Shown here in pieces: positions 23,113 to 36,260 of a DNA stretch of 64,000 nt; the first letter of the stretch is position 1, and each line of letters begins with the position of its first letter. This DNA comes from Octopus sinensis (taxonomy: Eukaryota): the NCBI RefSeq assembly GCF_006345805.1, contig NC_043004.1, positions 9,672,001 through 9,736,000 of the forward strand, given 5' to 3'. A program made the position numbers and the translations under genes. Under the pieces are notes generated by a model. That model was not told where the DNA came from. It saw only the letters and a program-made list of their open reading frames with translations, and ran no database searches.

Positions 23113-25247
23113 TTACTTCTTTTTCATCTTTATGGATGAACACGATATCTGGTCCTCTCGCCTCTATGACTTGGTCGCACTGAATATTAAAATCCCAGAG
23201 TATTTTGTAATATTCGTTTTCCATTATTCCCTCTGGCTTGTATTCATACCATTGTTCGGTTCTCTCGAGGTTTGCTTTACCGCACAACAGCCAGTGGACA
23301 TATCTGGCCACATTGTCGTGTCTCCTTTTGTATTCGCGTTGTGTGAGCTTACAGCACTCACTAGCAATATGACTTATACTTTCTCCCTTCTCGGAGCACA
23401 TTCTACCCTGAGGTGAGTCAGGGCTTTTATCAATGTGATATTTGAAATAGTTTGTTCTGAGAGCTTGTTCTTGAGAGCTGCACACTAATGCCTCAGTGGG
23501 CTCTTTTAAATCTCCTTTCTGTAGCCATTTCGGAGTTCTATTCCATTCAATTTCATCTTTATTCTTCAAGAACAGATTGCGCATTTTCCTCTCCCGCCAA
23601 ATTTTCTTCATCTGCTCTCTCTGGTCTTTCTTAAATTGTGTTGGATCTACAGCTTCGTTCACTTTTAAGGTTTCCTGCATTTTCACTATTTCAATCATTT
23701 CTTCTTTACTCCCCTTGACATACCAAGCCAGTTCCCTTACACAACTTTCACAACACACCAATGCCCTTCCTCCTTCTTTCCTCTTTACATACAATCTTCA
23801 CATATCACTCTTGGAGTGTAGTTCCTTGTTTATTGTCATTAATTTACGTGTTCTCCGGTCTATCTCTTGTAATTCATGCTTCTTCCACGATACAATTCCT
23901 GTCCCATATCTCATCAAAACAACTGCCCACCTGTTAATTGCTTTAATCTTCTTGAAAGCATTTTAAGGCTTTCAATAATCTACGCGTGTGGGACCATGTC
24001 ATATGCTTTCTTGCAGTCCACCCATGCCATCGCCAAATATTTATGTCTTTTGCAGTCAGCCAGGATAATCTTGTCGATTAGTAATTGATTCTTCGTTCCT
24101 CTGCTCTTATGTCTACACCCTTTTTATTCGACTGGTTGTTCTCATCTAGGTACTTACAGATACTGTTTGATATGATGCCCGTCATCAGTTTCCACATCAG
24201 TGGCAAACAAGATATTGGTCGGAAATTTCCAACCGCATTCCCTTTATTTGGGTCCTTTTGGCATAGTGCCGTTCTTGCCCTTCAGGCCGGTACTTGGATG
24301 TCACTACTCAGTATTTCGTCCATCTATCTTGCAATTCTCTTGTGCTGAGTTAAAACCAGACTCGTTTCTGGTTTTATTCGAAAAGTCCTGATAACACCTG
24401 TGATATCATTAATCTTCCTTACTCATTCATTGAGTTTTTTCTGTTTACTTTTTAAACCCCGTATGAAAGCTCTGTTTACCAGAGGTCCAAATATCAATGG
24501 TTTCATATAAAATGGATATCTGTTCCTCGGTTTTCTCATCGATTTCCTGATCAATAATCTCAGCCTCATGCTCGTTTTCTCCCTTTAACTCTACTACCAT
24601 AGTTTCCCTATCTGTATTCTCTTCCTCATCCTTTCGTTCACGGCTGGTCTTACTATCCATCAGCATCCTTCTCTTAATGTTTTCTAGTTCAACTGGAAAT
24701 AACCATTCATTCTTTCTGATGGCTCAAGCTTGGTCACACAAATTTCGTTCGCTTAATTCAAATGGGCCTCTGTCGCTCCCTGACTTGTGCATTCATTTCC
24801 TATATCCCCTAGAAGGTACTTCATTACCATTTTTCGGATCACCCAGAAAGTTACGCTCCATTACAGCCACATTCATTTATTTCGTCCACCTTCTTTTAAC
24901 AGTCATTTGATGACGACTGGGCCCACGTTGCTCACCCGTGGGGCACCCGCCGGGCGAGAGACCTTCACAAGTTGTTCCAGCCTCATTCACGCCGTTCTCA
25001 TTTCAACCTTAATTTGACATTTCACCACTCATCATGAGGGTTAGTGAATTGCACAACCACCCGTATTTTTCCCGTGATGCCATCACTGACAGGATCTCCA
25101 CCCTAGGATAAAGGATTCCTGTAATCCTGGTTTAATCTATTGAGTTTCCGTTTCCTAGCAGGGATGTTCAAGTGCTATGATTGCTTCTGCCTCTTAGGTA
25201 TATGCTATTTTGGCGGCCGTTGTCTCGTAAGAGTCCATTAGCCTTTA
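23113..25247 (-). mobile_element. R4/Dong-clade element with internal deletions, 3' end missing, apparently retaining N-terminus and 5' UTR
   Basis: ORF 23036..23794 (CRMC..HIASEC..RRHD..GPDIVF); [16 protein letters not shown] near 23990-24030; acidic N-terminal region 24445-24666; (AAT)-rich flank at 25248-25266. Confidence 0.8.
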
Positions 25248-25439
25248 TATTATTATTATTGTTATTCTAAAAGATTCTCAGATAGTTCTTAATTACCGGC
25301 TATTCTCTACTTGAAAGCAAGCAATAATAAACCACCAAAGATTTCAAGTAGTGCCTTTTCCTGAGACTCAAAGAGACAATACTCTCCTTAGAATGCGAGC
25401 TGTACCCATATCATCATCATCGTCATCATCATCATCATT

Positions 25440-26940
25440 ATTGTTGCATTTGCACAGCTTCTAACACTGGAGATGTACTACGGTGTCAGCTGTTCACTAC
25501 TAGTGAACTAAGGTAATATCCCTTATTTTTCGAGCACCTTCCAGAGTATTCGAGCGGTTCCAAACAGTGTTGTTTTCTGCAAGTGCTCCACCCTTATTGC
25601 AGCCCCTATTTGTTCCATGTTATTCTCAAGATTTTTACTCATTGCTCCCAGGGCTCCGACAATTATTGGTACTACTACCACATTTTCATCTACCACAACT
25701 GCTTAACTTCCCAAGCTAACCTCTCATATCACTCAACTTTACATTCTTCTTTATTGCATACCTTCTCAGCTGGGCATGCTATATCTATGATCCAGCATAG
25801 TTTGTATTCTTTCTCAATTAAGACTATGTTTGGCTTCCTATTCTCTATCTCATGGTCACACTGAATCATAAAAAGCCACAGGATCTTTGCATTATCATTT
25901 TCGATGATGACTTCGGGTTTATGGTCGTACCGATATTTTTCTATGTCAAGTCCATACTTGTTGCAAAGTGTCCAATGAACAAGACTTGCTATATTCTCGT
26001 GGAGTCTCTTATATTCCTTCTGGGCTAGTGTCATACATTCGCTAGTAATATGCCATACGGTATCACCATTTTGTCCACAAATTCTGCACTTATCACTTTC
26101 TGGTGTATTGTCTTTTCTGTATTTTGTTCTTAGTGCCCCCATTTCCGGTTTTAAATCAATTTGAGTCATCCACAGCCATCTTTTTCTCTGTCTGTCTTCA
26201 GCATCCCTATAAAATTGTCCATGCATTCTTTTCTTTTCCCACCCATTTTCAGTTGCTTGTACAGTTGCTTCATTCTACACAAGCCTGGCCTTCTTACTTC
26301 TAATAATTGCTGTTCTGTGGCATATTTTACATACCATGCTATGTTATTTTCTTCTGCTCTAATGCTGTGTTCACATCCAATAAGTCCTTTTCCCCATCTT
26401 TTTCTTGGTACACACAGTCTGTCTGTGTCACTTTTCGGGTGGAGTGTCCCATATGTTGTTAGCAACTTCCTCGTCTTTCTGTCTAAGCTGTTTATTTCGT
26501 CTACTGTCCATGCAATTACCCATGCTCCATATATAAGAAGTGAAACCACCCAGGTGTTGACAGCTTCAATCTTATTTCGACTTAAGGATCAGTCTCAGTC
26601 TGCGCAAGTACTCTACCTTAAGTTTTTCTGTCATTTCTTTCTCCATCAATTTATCCATTTCCAGTATCCCCAAGTACTTATAGCCCGTCTCTTCTGTCTG
26701 CTTCATAACCTCCCCACGACAGTATTGCTAACCCGTCCATACATTTGATTTTGCCTCTCTTCAAGGCTAACACACCACCCTTTCTCAGTACGAATCCCAT
26801 TCTGATATCAGCATTGAAAGTATACACAATATGAACGAGGGAACTGACTTGGGATTCAGCTTTACCATAAAGTTTGAGGTCATCTATGAATAACAAATAG
26901 TCGACTTTTTGTTGGTGGCTTTAAAAACACACCCTGCTTT
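25440..26940 (-). mobile_element. R4/Dong-clade element, 5'-truncated
   Basis: LFIDDLKLYGK; CRICGQNGDTVWHITSEC; RKPNIVL; WIIDIACP; (ATC)n tail at 25410-25440. Confidence 0.9.
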
Positions 26941-26954
26941 TTGTTTTCCTCAGA

Positions 26955-27032
<78 letters not shown>

Positions 27033-27054
27033 CATCATTATTACTATAATTATT

Positions 27055-27755
27055 TGATGAAAACTCACAGCTCATTTTGTTGGGTATTATGGAAAATGTC
27101 AGCTGTCCACAGCCAGCAGACTGAGGTAACACTTGTTTGTTGATCATACTTCAAGAACCCTGCGGAGAACTGTTGCATTTCTAACTAATCATAATTCTAC
27201 TTTTACATTTGTCCCAATTTTGGTAGTTGAGCGTTCATACATCCAAGCGCGTCAATTATTATTCGTATCATGCCCACTCTCTTCAAGGCCCACAACCTGC
27301 GTAGTTCCCCCTTCAAATTGTCATAGTTGTCCTTTTCTTCTTTCTATTGAACCTGTTGTTACCAGGACATGTTATGTCCATTATCATGCAAGTTTTTCTT
27401 TTTTGTCCACCACAGCAATTCCAAGTTTCCTATATCTGATCTGATGGTCACACTGAATCATTGCCTCCTTCGGAATTTTGCAATCTTCAGTTTCGTAAAC
27501 TCTTTCTGGGATTTGGTCATACCACGTCTTTGCTCTTCGTAGGCCGTACTTTCCATAAGGCTCCCAGTAGATTTATCTTGCCACAGTGTCATGTCGTCTT
27601 TTATGCTTGCGTTGGGGTGGTTTCGGGCATTCACTAAGAACGAACTATTCCATTTTACACCTCTCACCACACATTCTGCATTTGTCGCTCTCAGTTGTGT
27701 TGTCAATACTGCACTTTACATAGTTCGCTCTTAGCGCTTGTTCTTGTGCCATCGA
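27055..27755 (-). mobile_element. R4/Dong-clade element, 3' fragment
   Basis: AQEQALRANYVKCSIDNTTESDKCRMCG on the minus strand; 3' UTR similar to the 20916 copy; (ATT)n at 26955-27050. Confidence 0.85.
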
Positions 27756-27929
27756 ATACGAATCGACGTAACAAAATCAGTGCTGGCTGTGATATATATG
27801 AAAAACCTGTGGAGGTGGATTTAACACGTGATGCAAGAGCACTGCCAACACAATAGTACACGGTATACACTTATAAAATCATTTAATGTACTATATAGCA
27901 TATTATGGTTGCATAACGAAATGCCATCT

Positions 27930-28130
27930 CCCTACAAGTCATTTGTTCTTTTTGGGGCATCATACATCGATTAGCAGGCATTATTTCTTTTCTTTTTTTA
28001 TGATTTCTGACAACTATATCCGGTCAATTAGCCTTGATCTCTTTATCTGTCGATATTGGCATATCCGGCAGAATGGTTGCTTTGTCTTTTTATGAGACGT
28101 TTTCAAGGAAATGCTTATACCATCTTTTTC
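27930..28130 (-). mobile_element. Small R4/Dong-type RLE-domain fragment
   Basis: Minus strand WYKH..KATILPDMPISTDKEIKAN*PDIVVRNHKK. Confidence 0.6.
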
Positions 28131-28209
28131 TGTTGTCATTCCATAGTGTTAGCATAGCTTTCAGTGTACATAGGTCTCCATAATGTTGGAATACTTTCCA
28201 GTGTATATA

Positions 28210-29880
28210 AGTATCATTATTATTGTTATTATAGACGTCGCACTGTATACAATATCGTGATGTTGTTGATTGAAGATATTGTGTCTACCGGGGGTTTGCA
28301 GTGTTTGTCAAGTCACAACGAGGACCTCAGACAGACATTACTTTACGCAATATGCGTACAGTTCCAAGTAATGCCGACTTTTGCAATACACCAAGATTGT
28401 AGGGTATCTCTAAGGTTTTCAAATGTTCTTTTTTTTAGATTGGGTGGTTTTGAACCCAATACTCCGATGACAATAGGAATAACTTTTATGTTCGACTCTC
28501 GTAGCTGTCACATCTTAGCGATATCACTCCTCAGGTCTCCATATTTATCAACCTTTTCTTTTTCTTTCATGATGATATGTTTCGTCCTTTTTCGGTGTAT
28601 CTTGGTACTAAGCACCCATATCCGTACTTACGGCATAGTAGCCAGTAGAGGTTTTGGGGTACTTTGTCCGATCTACGCTTGTACTCTTTTTGCGCAAGAC
28701 TTTCACAAGCACTAACAATGTGAGTCACGCTTTCGACCCACGTCCCACACATTCTACATTAGTGTGGTATATATTATTTTTCACTGAGTTGGTATTCAAT
28801 GCCTGGTCCTGGGCCGCGATATTTAGGCTTTCAGTATTCTTTTTAGGTCACCCTACTGGAGCCACCTCCATGATGCTTTCTGGTCTTTTAATTTGTTGGT
28901 TTCACGATGGAACTGACCATGTAATCCCATACGCAGTAGGGTTTCTTCTTTCTCGTTGGCTGTTCTTGTACGGAATTCATGAGCACTCTCAAGTCCATTT
29001 TTGTTAACTCCTTCGGCACTAGCAGCATACTGCAGCCGGCCTTGTTTGCTGTTAACCAAATATTTTGCCATATTTTTTCTTTCATTGTTGATGCACTCCC
29101 ATACGCAAATCAGCCCACGTCCACCCTTACCTCTCTTCGTGTAGAGCCTGTGTACATTCGTCTTAGGGAGGAGGCAACCATACATTGTCATTGTCTTTCG
29201 GGTAGTGCCATCGAGTTGGTCAGTCTCCGCTTGTGTCCATTTCAGGATGGGTGCACTATAGCAGACTACAACAACTGCTGTATGTTGATGGCAGTCAAAA
29301 GGTTCCTTGAGTTGAGTTTTGATTTCAAGAGAAGTTTGAGGCGCTCGAAATATGCAGTGATGACCTTGTCTTTTTTTCTCTGTGCAAGATATTGTCCAGC
29401 TCCAGGATACCAACGTTCTTGTACCCATCATCATCCGGGTCTTCCATTTTCTCTCCGTTTGGCAATTGTATGCCCATACAATTTACTCTTCCCCCCCCCC
29501 CCTGCTTCATAGTAAGAACCGCACACTTCGAGATACCGAATTCCACCCCTTTATCCTTGCTGCACATTTGCACAGTCTCAAACAGCCTCTCCATTTCAGG
29601 CTCTGTTTTTGCGAACAGTTTTAAATCATTCATGAAGAGAAGCTGGTTGAGACGAGGTCCGTTCTTTCTCAGCTCGTAGTGCACGTTGATTTTATGTAAG
29701 ACTACAGAAAGTGGGAACAAAGCTATAACAAATAACAGAGGTGAACAAGAATCTCCTCGGAAGATACATCTATTGATTGTTACCTTGGCTAAGTGCAGGT
29801 TGTTACGGGAAAGACGCGTTTTCCAGCTAAGCATGCTGTTCTTAATCAGTACACACAGGTTCTCAGCTATTCCACACATC
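28210..29880 (-). mobile_element. R4/Dong-clade element, 5'-truncated
   Basis: CIFRGDSCSPLLF; LLFMNDLKLFAK; LYTKRGKGGRGLICV; ESVTHIVSACESLAQKEYKRR. Confidence 0.85.
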
Positions 29881-30190
29881 CTTTCGGTTCGATAAATTAA
29901 ATACCAATCAAGTACTGGGGTCGATGTGATCGACTTACTCCTCTCCACAAAGTTTATGCCTTATGTCTATATTAAAAAAGATTATTATCATTATTATTGT
30001 TGTTGTTGTTGTTGTTAATGCGGCGAGTTGGCAGAATCATTAGCACGCTGGACGAAATGCTTGGCGATATTTCGCCCGTCGCTACGTTCTGAGTTCAAAT
30101 TCCTCCGGGGACGACTTTACATTTCATTCTTTCGGGATCGATAAATTAAGTACCCCAAATTCCAGGCCTTCTGCCTTTAGTTGAAAGGAT
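29876..30190 (+). mobile_element. Two SINE family 2 copies (29876-29985 3' half; 30018-30190)
   Basis: CATCCTTTCGG..GATAAATTAA core; GGCGAGTTGGCAGAATCATTAGCAC head. Confidence 0.75.
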
Positions 30191-30356
30191 TACTATCATT
30201 ATTTTGTTTTGGTTTTGCACCCAAGTTTCAACCAGAGACGTCAAGCAACAAGGTTTTTGTATCTGATGATGCCAACAGCTGAAGTGCCATGCAATTGAAA
30301 ACACTGATGTCAGTGAGAGAATTTTTATTTCCTCCTCCTCCTCCTACTACTACTAC

Positions 30357-30387
<31 letters not shown>

Positions 30388-30949
30388 TATGTATGCGATT
30401 GTGTGTATTGGTATGATTGTATATAAATTGGTAACATTAAGAAAAAAATCTATGTTTAAATATAACGAAGCGCGAAAGCAATGTCAGGCTGTAAGTGAAT
30501 TGGTTATTCTGCGCTGGAGAGCCGTTTAAGAAAGCCAACAGAGAGGAGAGCGTGTCTTACAAAGGAAACTCAATGCCGTATTTACTGAACGGCTTAACTG
30601 CGTTAGAATTTCAATAGATGAGGGCGACCGGATTTTCCTGTACAGTGTGTTGAATGTCAACACTCATGAAAAGATGGATGTACGAGTTCGTGTGTGAGAA
30701 TGGATGGTGTGTGCTTTCGCTGTGGCTTTGTATGCGCGCATGCAGAAGCGTACTTGTGTGTTTGTGTATGGTTTGTGTGTGTATTCGCGTGTGTGTGTGT
30801 GTGTGTGTGTGCGTGTTTCAGTGCACGCGCGTGTATGTGTGTGTATGTTGGTGTTAATGTTGATGCCGGGCTAACGTGGTGGTTTGTATTCGAATGTATG
30901 TTTAAGACTGCAGGTAAGTTTTATCTGAATGTTTACATGACATATATAA

Positions 30950-31072
30950 ATATGTATGTATATATGTATGTATCTATCTATCTACCTATCTACTTATTCA
31001 TATATGTGTGTATATATATATTCATACACACACACACATATATATATGCATATATATATATGTATATGTGTT

Positions 31073-31117
<45 letters not shown>

Positions 31118-31138
31118 ATATATGTATGTATATATAAG

Positions 31139-31171
<33 letters not shown>

Positions 31172-31400
31172 GTATACATATATATGTATATATGTATACA
31201 TATATATATATATGCATATATATATATATATATATGCATATATATAATATATATATGCATATATATATATATGCATATATATATATATGCATATATATAT
31301 ATATATATATGCATATATATATATATATGCATATATATATATATATGTGCATATATATATATATGTATGTATGTCTGTATGTATGTATGTATGTATGTAT
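30950..31400. repeat. (TA)n/(TGCATA)/(TGTA)n compound microsatellite
   Basis: Direct reading; source of several spurious I/Y/C ORFs. Confidence 0.95.
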
Positions 31401-31609
31401 ACATATAAGTGTACGTTCGTGTGTGAATGGTTGTGTCTGCTTGTGTGTGTGTGCATGCGTGTCGGTTTAATAACATGCGCACTTATGTGTCTATTTCAGC
31501 ATCTTTCACTCGCTGCCTCATCTCCCTCAGTATTTCATTCCCAATGTCAAACATAGTTCCTCTCTCTCTCTTAATGTTGCATTCGTCTCATTGTACATTC
31601 TAAACTATC

Positions 31610-31640
<31 letters not shown>

Positions 31641-32074
31641 TGTATGTATGTATGTATGTATGTATGTATGTCTTTTCTGTTTTTAATTAGTTAAATATTT
31701 CCTCTGAAGAAGGAGCTGCTTTCTTACGAAGATGAAAAGTTCCTTCGTTGAAATGTAGATAACAAAAACACTCTTACATTTTAAACTTAGAAAAAAGTCT
31801 TGAGTTCAGCTGCTAATTACCGAATGTTACAGAAATCATACGCAGTATTGCTTTAATATAGTTCATGCATACAGCTACTAATAATAGTTGTATACACGCG
31901 CATGCTCGAATGACCAAAGTCAGGTAAGTTTGAAATTATTGGTAGCTGCCTTAACCTACAACTACAAAGAGCACTCATTCGCACAGTTCGTGAGCATTAT
32001 ATACATGTATGTGGTATGTGTGTGTTTGTGTGTGAGCGTGCGTGTGGCTTTCTGTCTGTGTTTATCCCTCATCA

Positions 32075-32240
32075 CTTTTGATAACCGGTGTTGATTCGAT
32101 TACGTCTCCTTGACTTAACTTTTCGGCCACAACAGCAGATAAAATAAGTTCTGGGATCAATTCGTTCGGCTAAAATTCTTCGAGGCGGTGCCCCAGTATG
32201 ACAGCAGTTTAATGACTAAAACAAGTAAGGGATAAAAGAT
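32075..32240 (+). mobile_element. Diverged SINE family 1-related 3' half
   Basis: GATAACCGGTGTTG..GAGGCGGTGCCCCAGTATG..AATGACTAAAACAAGTAA tail. Confidence 0.6.
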
Positions 32241-32257
32241 TATATATATATATATAT

Positions 32258-32309
<52 letters not shown>

Positions 32310-32763
32310 TATATATATATACACACGGTTATTCATGCATATATATATACGTAATTAAACACAGTCAAGTACACATAAGTATGTCTATACGTATGGAGCT
32401 ACGTGTACCTGTACATTGACTTTCGTATGCTTGCAACCCTGTATGAAACATCTGACAATAACAATATTTTAGTAAAACAGATCTTCCTAAGTTTGAACCA
32501 TGCAACTTTCAGTTTTCCTTTTATTTTTTTCATGTTTGTTGGTTAATAATTCTGTGAGAATCAAATATTGTGCAAGAAAAATGAATAAACTTGAGAGCGA
32601 GAGAGAGAGAGAGAAAGAGAGAGAAATAAACAGACAGATACAATGCGGGTGTATGTGTGTTCATGCATATATATAGAATGTATATGTGTGCATATATGTA
32701 TATCTATGAGTACATAGGAATATAATACATATCCATATAATGTGTACATATACATATATATGA

Positions 32764-32804
<41 letters not shown>

Positions 32805-32924
32805 CATACATATATATTCATACATGCGGTGACAAAATTAAAGCGTAAAAAAAAAGCCTCTGGCCGAAACTACCGCAAGAAACTATATATATATTTCTGT
32901 AATGATGGTCGAGATAACTATAAT

Positions 32925-32975
<51 letters not shown>

Positions 32976-33032
32976 TTTATTGGCCTCAAGGGCTGCGAAA
33001 TATTTAGAACATTACAGTGGGGATAAGAGATG

Positions 33033-33066
<34 letters not shown>

Positions 33067-33361
33067 AATGATGATGATGATGCATACAATCTTCTATGTA
33101 AAAATATATGTCCGTGTTGTATAACAGAGAGACTGAGAGAAAGGGAAAGAGAGAAGAGTGTATTTTTGTTTTTCTTTATATCCATTTATTCCTGTTTGCA
33201 TGCGAATGAGTTGTGCAAGATGAAGCTTGTGACAATAACAATATTTTGTAGGGAGCCGTAAATATTGTTTAGCGACAAATATTTAGAAACTCGGCAGCCA
33301 AAGTGAAATGCGTTTCAGCAAAACTTGTCTTTTCATTTTGGAAAAGAAGCTTTTGCTAGAG

Positions 33362-33433
<72 letters not shown>

Positions 33434-33534
33434 TACATACACACACACACACACACACACAGATGCACGCATGCACGTACACACGCACATGTATATATGT
33501 ATATACTTACATACTTACACAAGTGTGTGTGTGC

Positions 33535-33579
<45 letters not shown>

Positions 33580-33784
33580 CTCTAGGTATATTGGCTATTT
33601 CACTCATTTTTTATATTATTATTTTATATCTTGTCTCTTTTTTCTCTCTCTATGCCGCTACACATTATTATTGGTCCAGCCATGTTTTTCGCTTATTAAA
33701 TCTACGATTGCAGCATTCTAAAACCGTTTCCTGTAACGGACTTAAAGACTATTCTCTCCACATCTTTCCCTTTTCTTACATATG

Positions 33785-33883
<99 letters not shown>

Positions 33884-34302
33884 CGGTAGCTGAGACACAA
33901 CCCTCTGGGTGGTTTTCTGTTAGCTTATATTATTTGTATATTATCTCATCATTTCGTGCATGGTTGAGTCTTTAGAATATCGAAGAGATGTCCTTGTGGT
34001 ATTTGTTCTGATTCTCTACTTTATGAGATCAAATCACGCTGAAGTCAAATTTACCTCTTACTTTTTTGTGACTAATAAAAGACCAATAATTGAGGTGAGA
34101 CGGCGGATTGACTGGACTGTAGGGACGTCAGGCGAGAGACTTTGCTATATTTATTCCTGCTCTTGGCGTTGTGAATTCACATCCCACCATGACCCAACTG
34201 GTTGATAGATTTAATCAGGTTCAATTTCACAGAATAATAGCCAAAACATCGTTGGCTGATTGGTTGGTTGGTTGGTTGAACCATTGCTCCAGTAACGTTT
34301 TA

Positions 34303-34343
<41 letters not shown>

Positions 34344-34490
34344 TGGGTGTATTTTTACCTTGTTAACAATTAACACGGAAAAAATAAATAAATAGATACC
34401 AGGGTAGCAAAAATCTCACAAGTAAAGAGGTTGTAACTCCTTGTTTATAAAGGTAGAAACTTCGTGTTTACGTGGAATATTTTGAATAAT

Positions 34491-34990
34491 ATATGAATAA
34501 ATAAATGGAGTTTAACGCAGGTGTAAATCAAATATTTTTACTTTCGACACAGGAAAGTGAAAAAAACGAAACTCGCCAATAAGACATTTTAGCAAAAAAT
34601 GATGGATTTGTATAGCGATTGACTGAACGCTATTAATAGTGTACATAAGTAGTCTCTATCATTATATATGATTTAAACTTTAATTTCCTTTATATTTAAC
34701 ATTCACTATTAATATACCTACTCTTTCTGTAAGCTACTTATGACGTTATATCATATAAGGTTTTTTTAAACAATATTAATAGCGTTCAGTCAATCGCTAT
34801 ACAAATCCATCAATTTTTTTGCTAAAATGTCTTATTGACGAGTTTCGTTTTTTTCACTTTCCTGAAGAGAAGATTGCATTGTTTATACCATTTATTCTTT
34901 TGAATAGTATCAGTGGAATTTTCGAAACATGTGTCGAAAGTAAAAATATTTGATTTACACCTGCGTTAAACTCCATTTATTTATTCATAT
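34491..34990 (+). mobile_element. Fold-back non-coding element; right arm carries a hammerhead whose core is absent from the left arm
   Basis: 34491-34638 is the reverse complement of 34774-34990 apart from a ~67-nt block; (TA)n follows. Confidence 0.85.
34856..34941 (+). ncRNA. Type-I hammerhead ribozyme with canonical core, GUC triplet and long stem II
   Basis: ACTTTC-CTGAAGA-GAAGATT..AATTTTC-GAAAC-ATGT-GTC-GAAAGT; stem II continues CATTG/CAGTG, ATAC/GTAT and TATTC-TTTT-GAATA. Confidence 0.8.
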
Positions 34991-35013
34991 ATATATATAT
35001 ATATATATATATA

Positions 35014-36260
35014 GTAGCAGAGTTACCCGGCGTTGCTCGGGATTAAAATGGTATAGTTTGTTTATATATATTACAGTTATGTTGAAACAGGTGATGTGGG
35101 AAAGTGCAGCATTGACGACAAAACATTTGTGGAGTAAATGATGGTCTAATTCGACTAATTGACATGAAATACATCCATTTGGAGGATTCCATGCCCTAAC
35201 CTAGCGTGGAAAATTCTGGTGGATATAGTCGCCTTTGAGGCGGTCAGCGCTGCGTCTAACAAGACCCATCGTATGGTTAACAGTCAAATGAATGGAGGTG
35301 TAATAGAGATATTGTACGTAAATGGGTACATTCTGGAAACGGCTGCAATGGGAGATGGTGACGGGGAAGTGAACTGCCGAAAGAGGTTCAGGTGGAGCTG
35401 GTAGTGGTGGCAATCTTACCTCACCGTCTGAGCAGCACATGCCATTAGTTTCGTTTGGAAATTTGAAATCTTTGCAGAAATGACAATTTGAGTGTAGCAT
35501 ATCAGTTTGTACAGAATTACCGTTTTTATAAGGCTGAGATGGATCATATTTGAAAGCAGCTCCTGGTGTTGTGAAAAACGAATTTGCCTGCGGTCTATTT
35601 CTGAGAGCTATTATATTGGACATCTATTTGATCTGGCGTGCTAAACGTTGCTCTAATGATTCAGCATTAAGTGTTGCAGCATGCCTTAGCTGATCTTGGG
35701 AAAGTCTCATCTCCTTTCTCTCTTGAGACTCCATTTCACGTGCTGCAGCATGCCTCTGATGATCCTGAGAAAGTCTCATCTGTTTTCCTTGTTGAGACAC
35801 TCGCTTTCGGTTTTCTGCAATCGTCCTCGCTTTATACGTGTTTCTAGAGAGATTGGGTCTTTTCTTTGGTGGCATATTTTTCAATATTGTAAGCAAAAAC
35901 TAATGAACATAGAAAAAAGATACATTAATCTCTACTTTTGTAAGCAATTGTATGTATATAGTATGTCCGTATTTTTGTATGCAGTGTAAATTAATGAAAT
36001 ATAAGCAAATGAACGAAATAACACATGTATGGAACTGCTAATTTAACGGTAAATATCACAATAATTATTAGAGAAACATAGAATTTTATATTTTACCTTG
36101 CAACTTTGCAACTGCTGCGATAATTATTAACTCGTAACGGAACAGTAAACGTGTATTGTTTTAATGGAAATGAAAATAACATTTCGTATTGACACTGGCC
36201 AGACAGCACTTCACTCATGTCAGTCGTCCACTGAGTATATAACATAAGCAACACACAGCA
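35014..36260 (-). mobile_element. Internally deleted Helitron retaining the N-terminal RepHel coding region (5' boundary approximate)
   Basis: ORFs 35624..35896 (MPPKKRPNL..RL..D..RHAA repeats) and 35201..35623 (CHFCKDFKFPNETNGMCCSDGEVRLPPLPAPPEPL) lie in one frame, separated by a single stop; 3' hairpin 35026-35041 and CTAC end. Confidence 0.8.

Noticed and set aside
30262-30315. CTGATGA..GAAAAC..GTC
   Set aside because: Stem II register is off and stem I cannot pair.
31704-31735. CTGAAGAAGGAG..CTTACGAAG
   Set aside because: GAAG instead of GAAA and a broken stem II; possibly an old relic, not counted.
30820-31930. Two perfect CAG|GTAAGT donors (30914 and 31924)
   Set aside because: Upstream acceptors are weak or lie in microsatellite; not called as exons.
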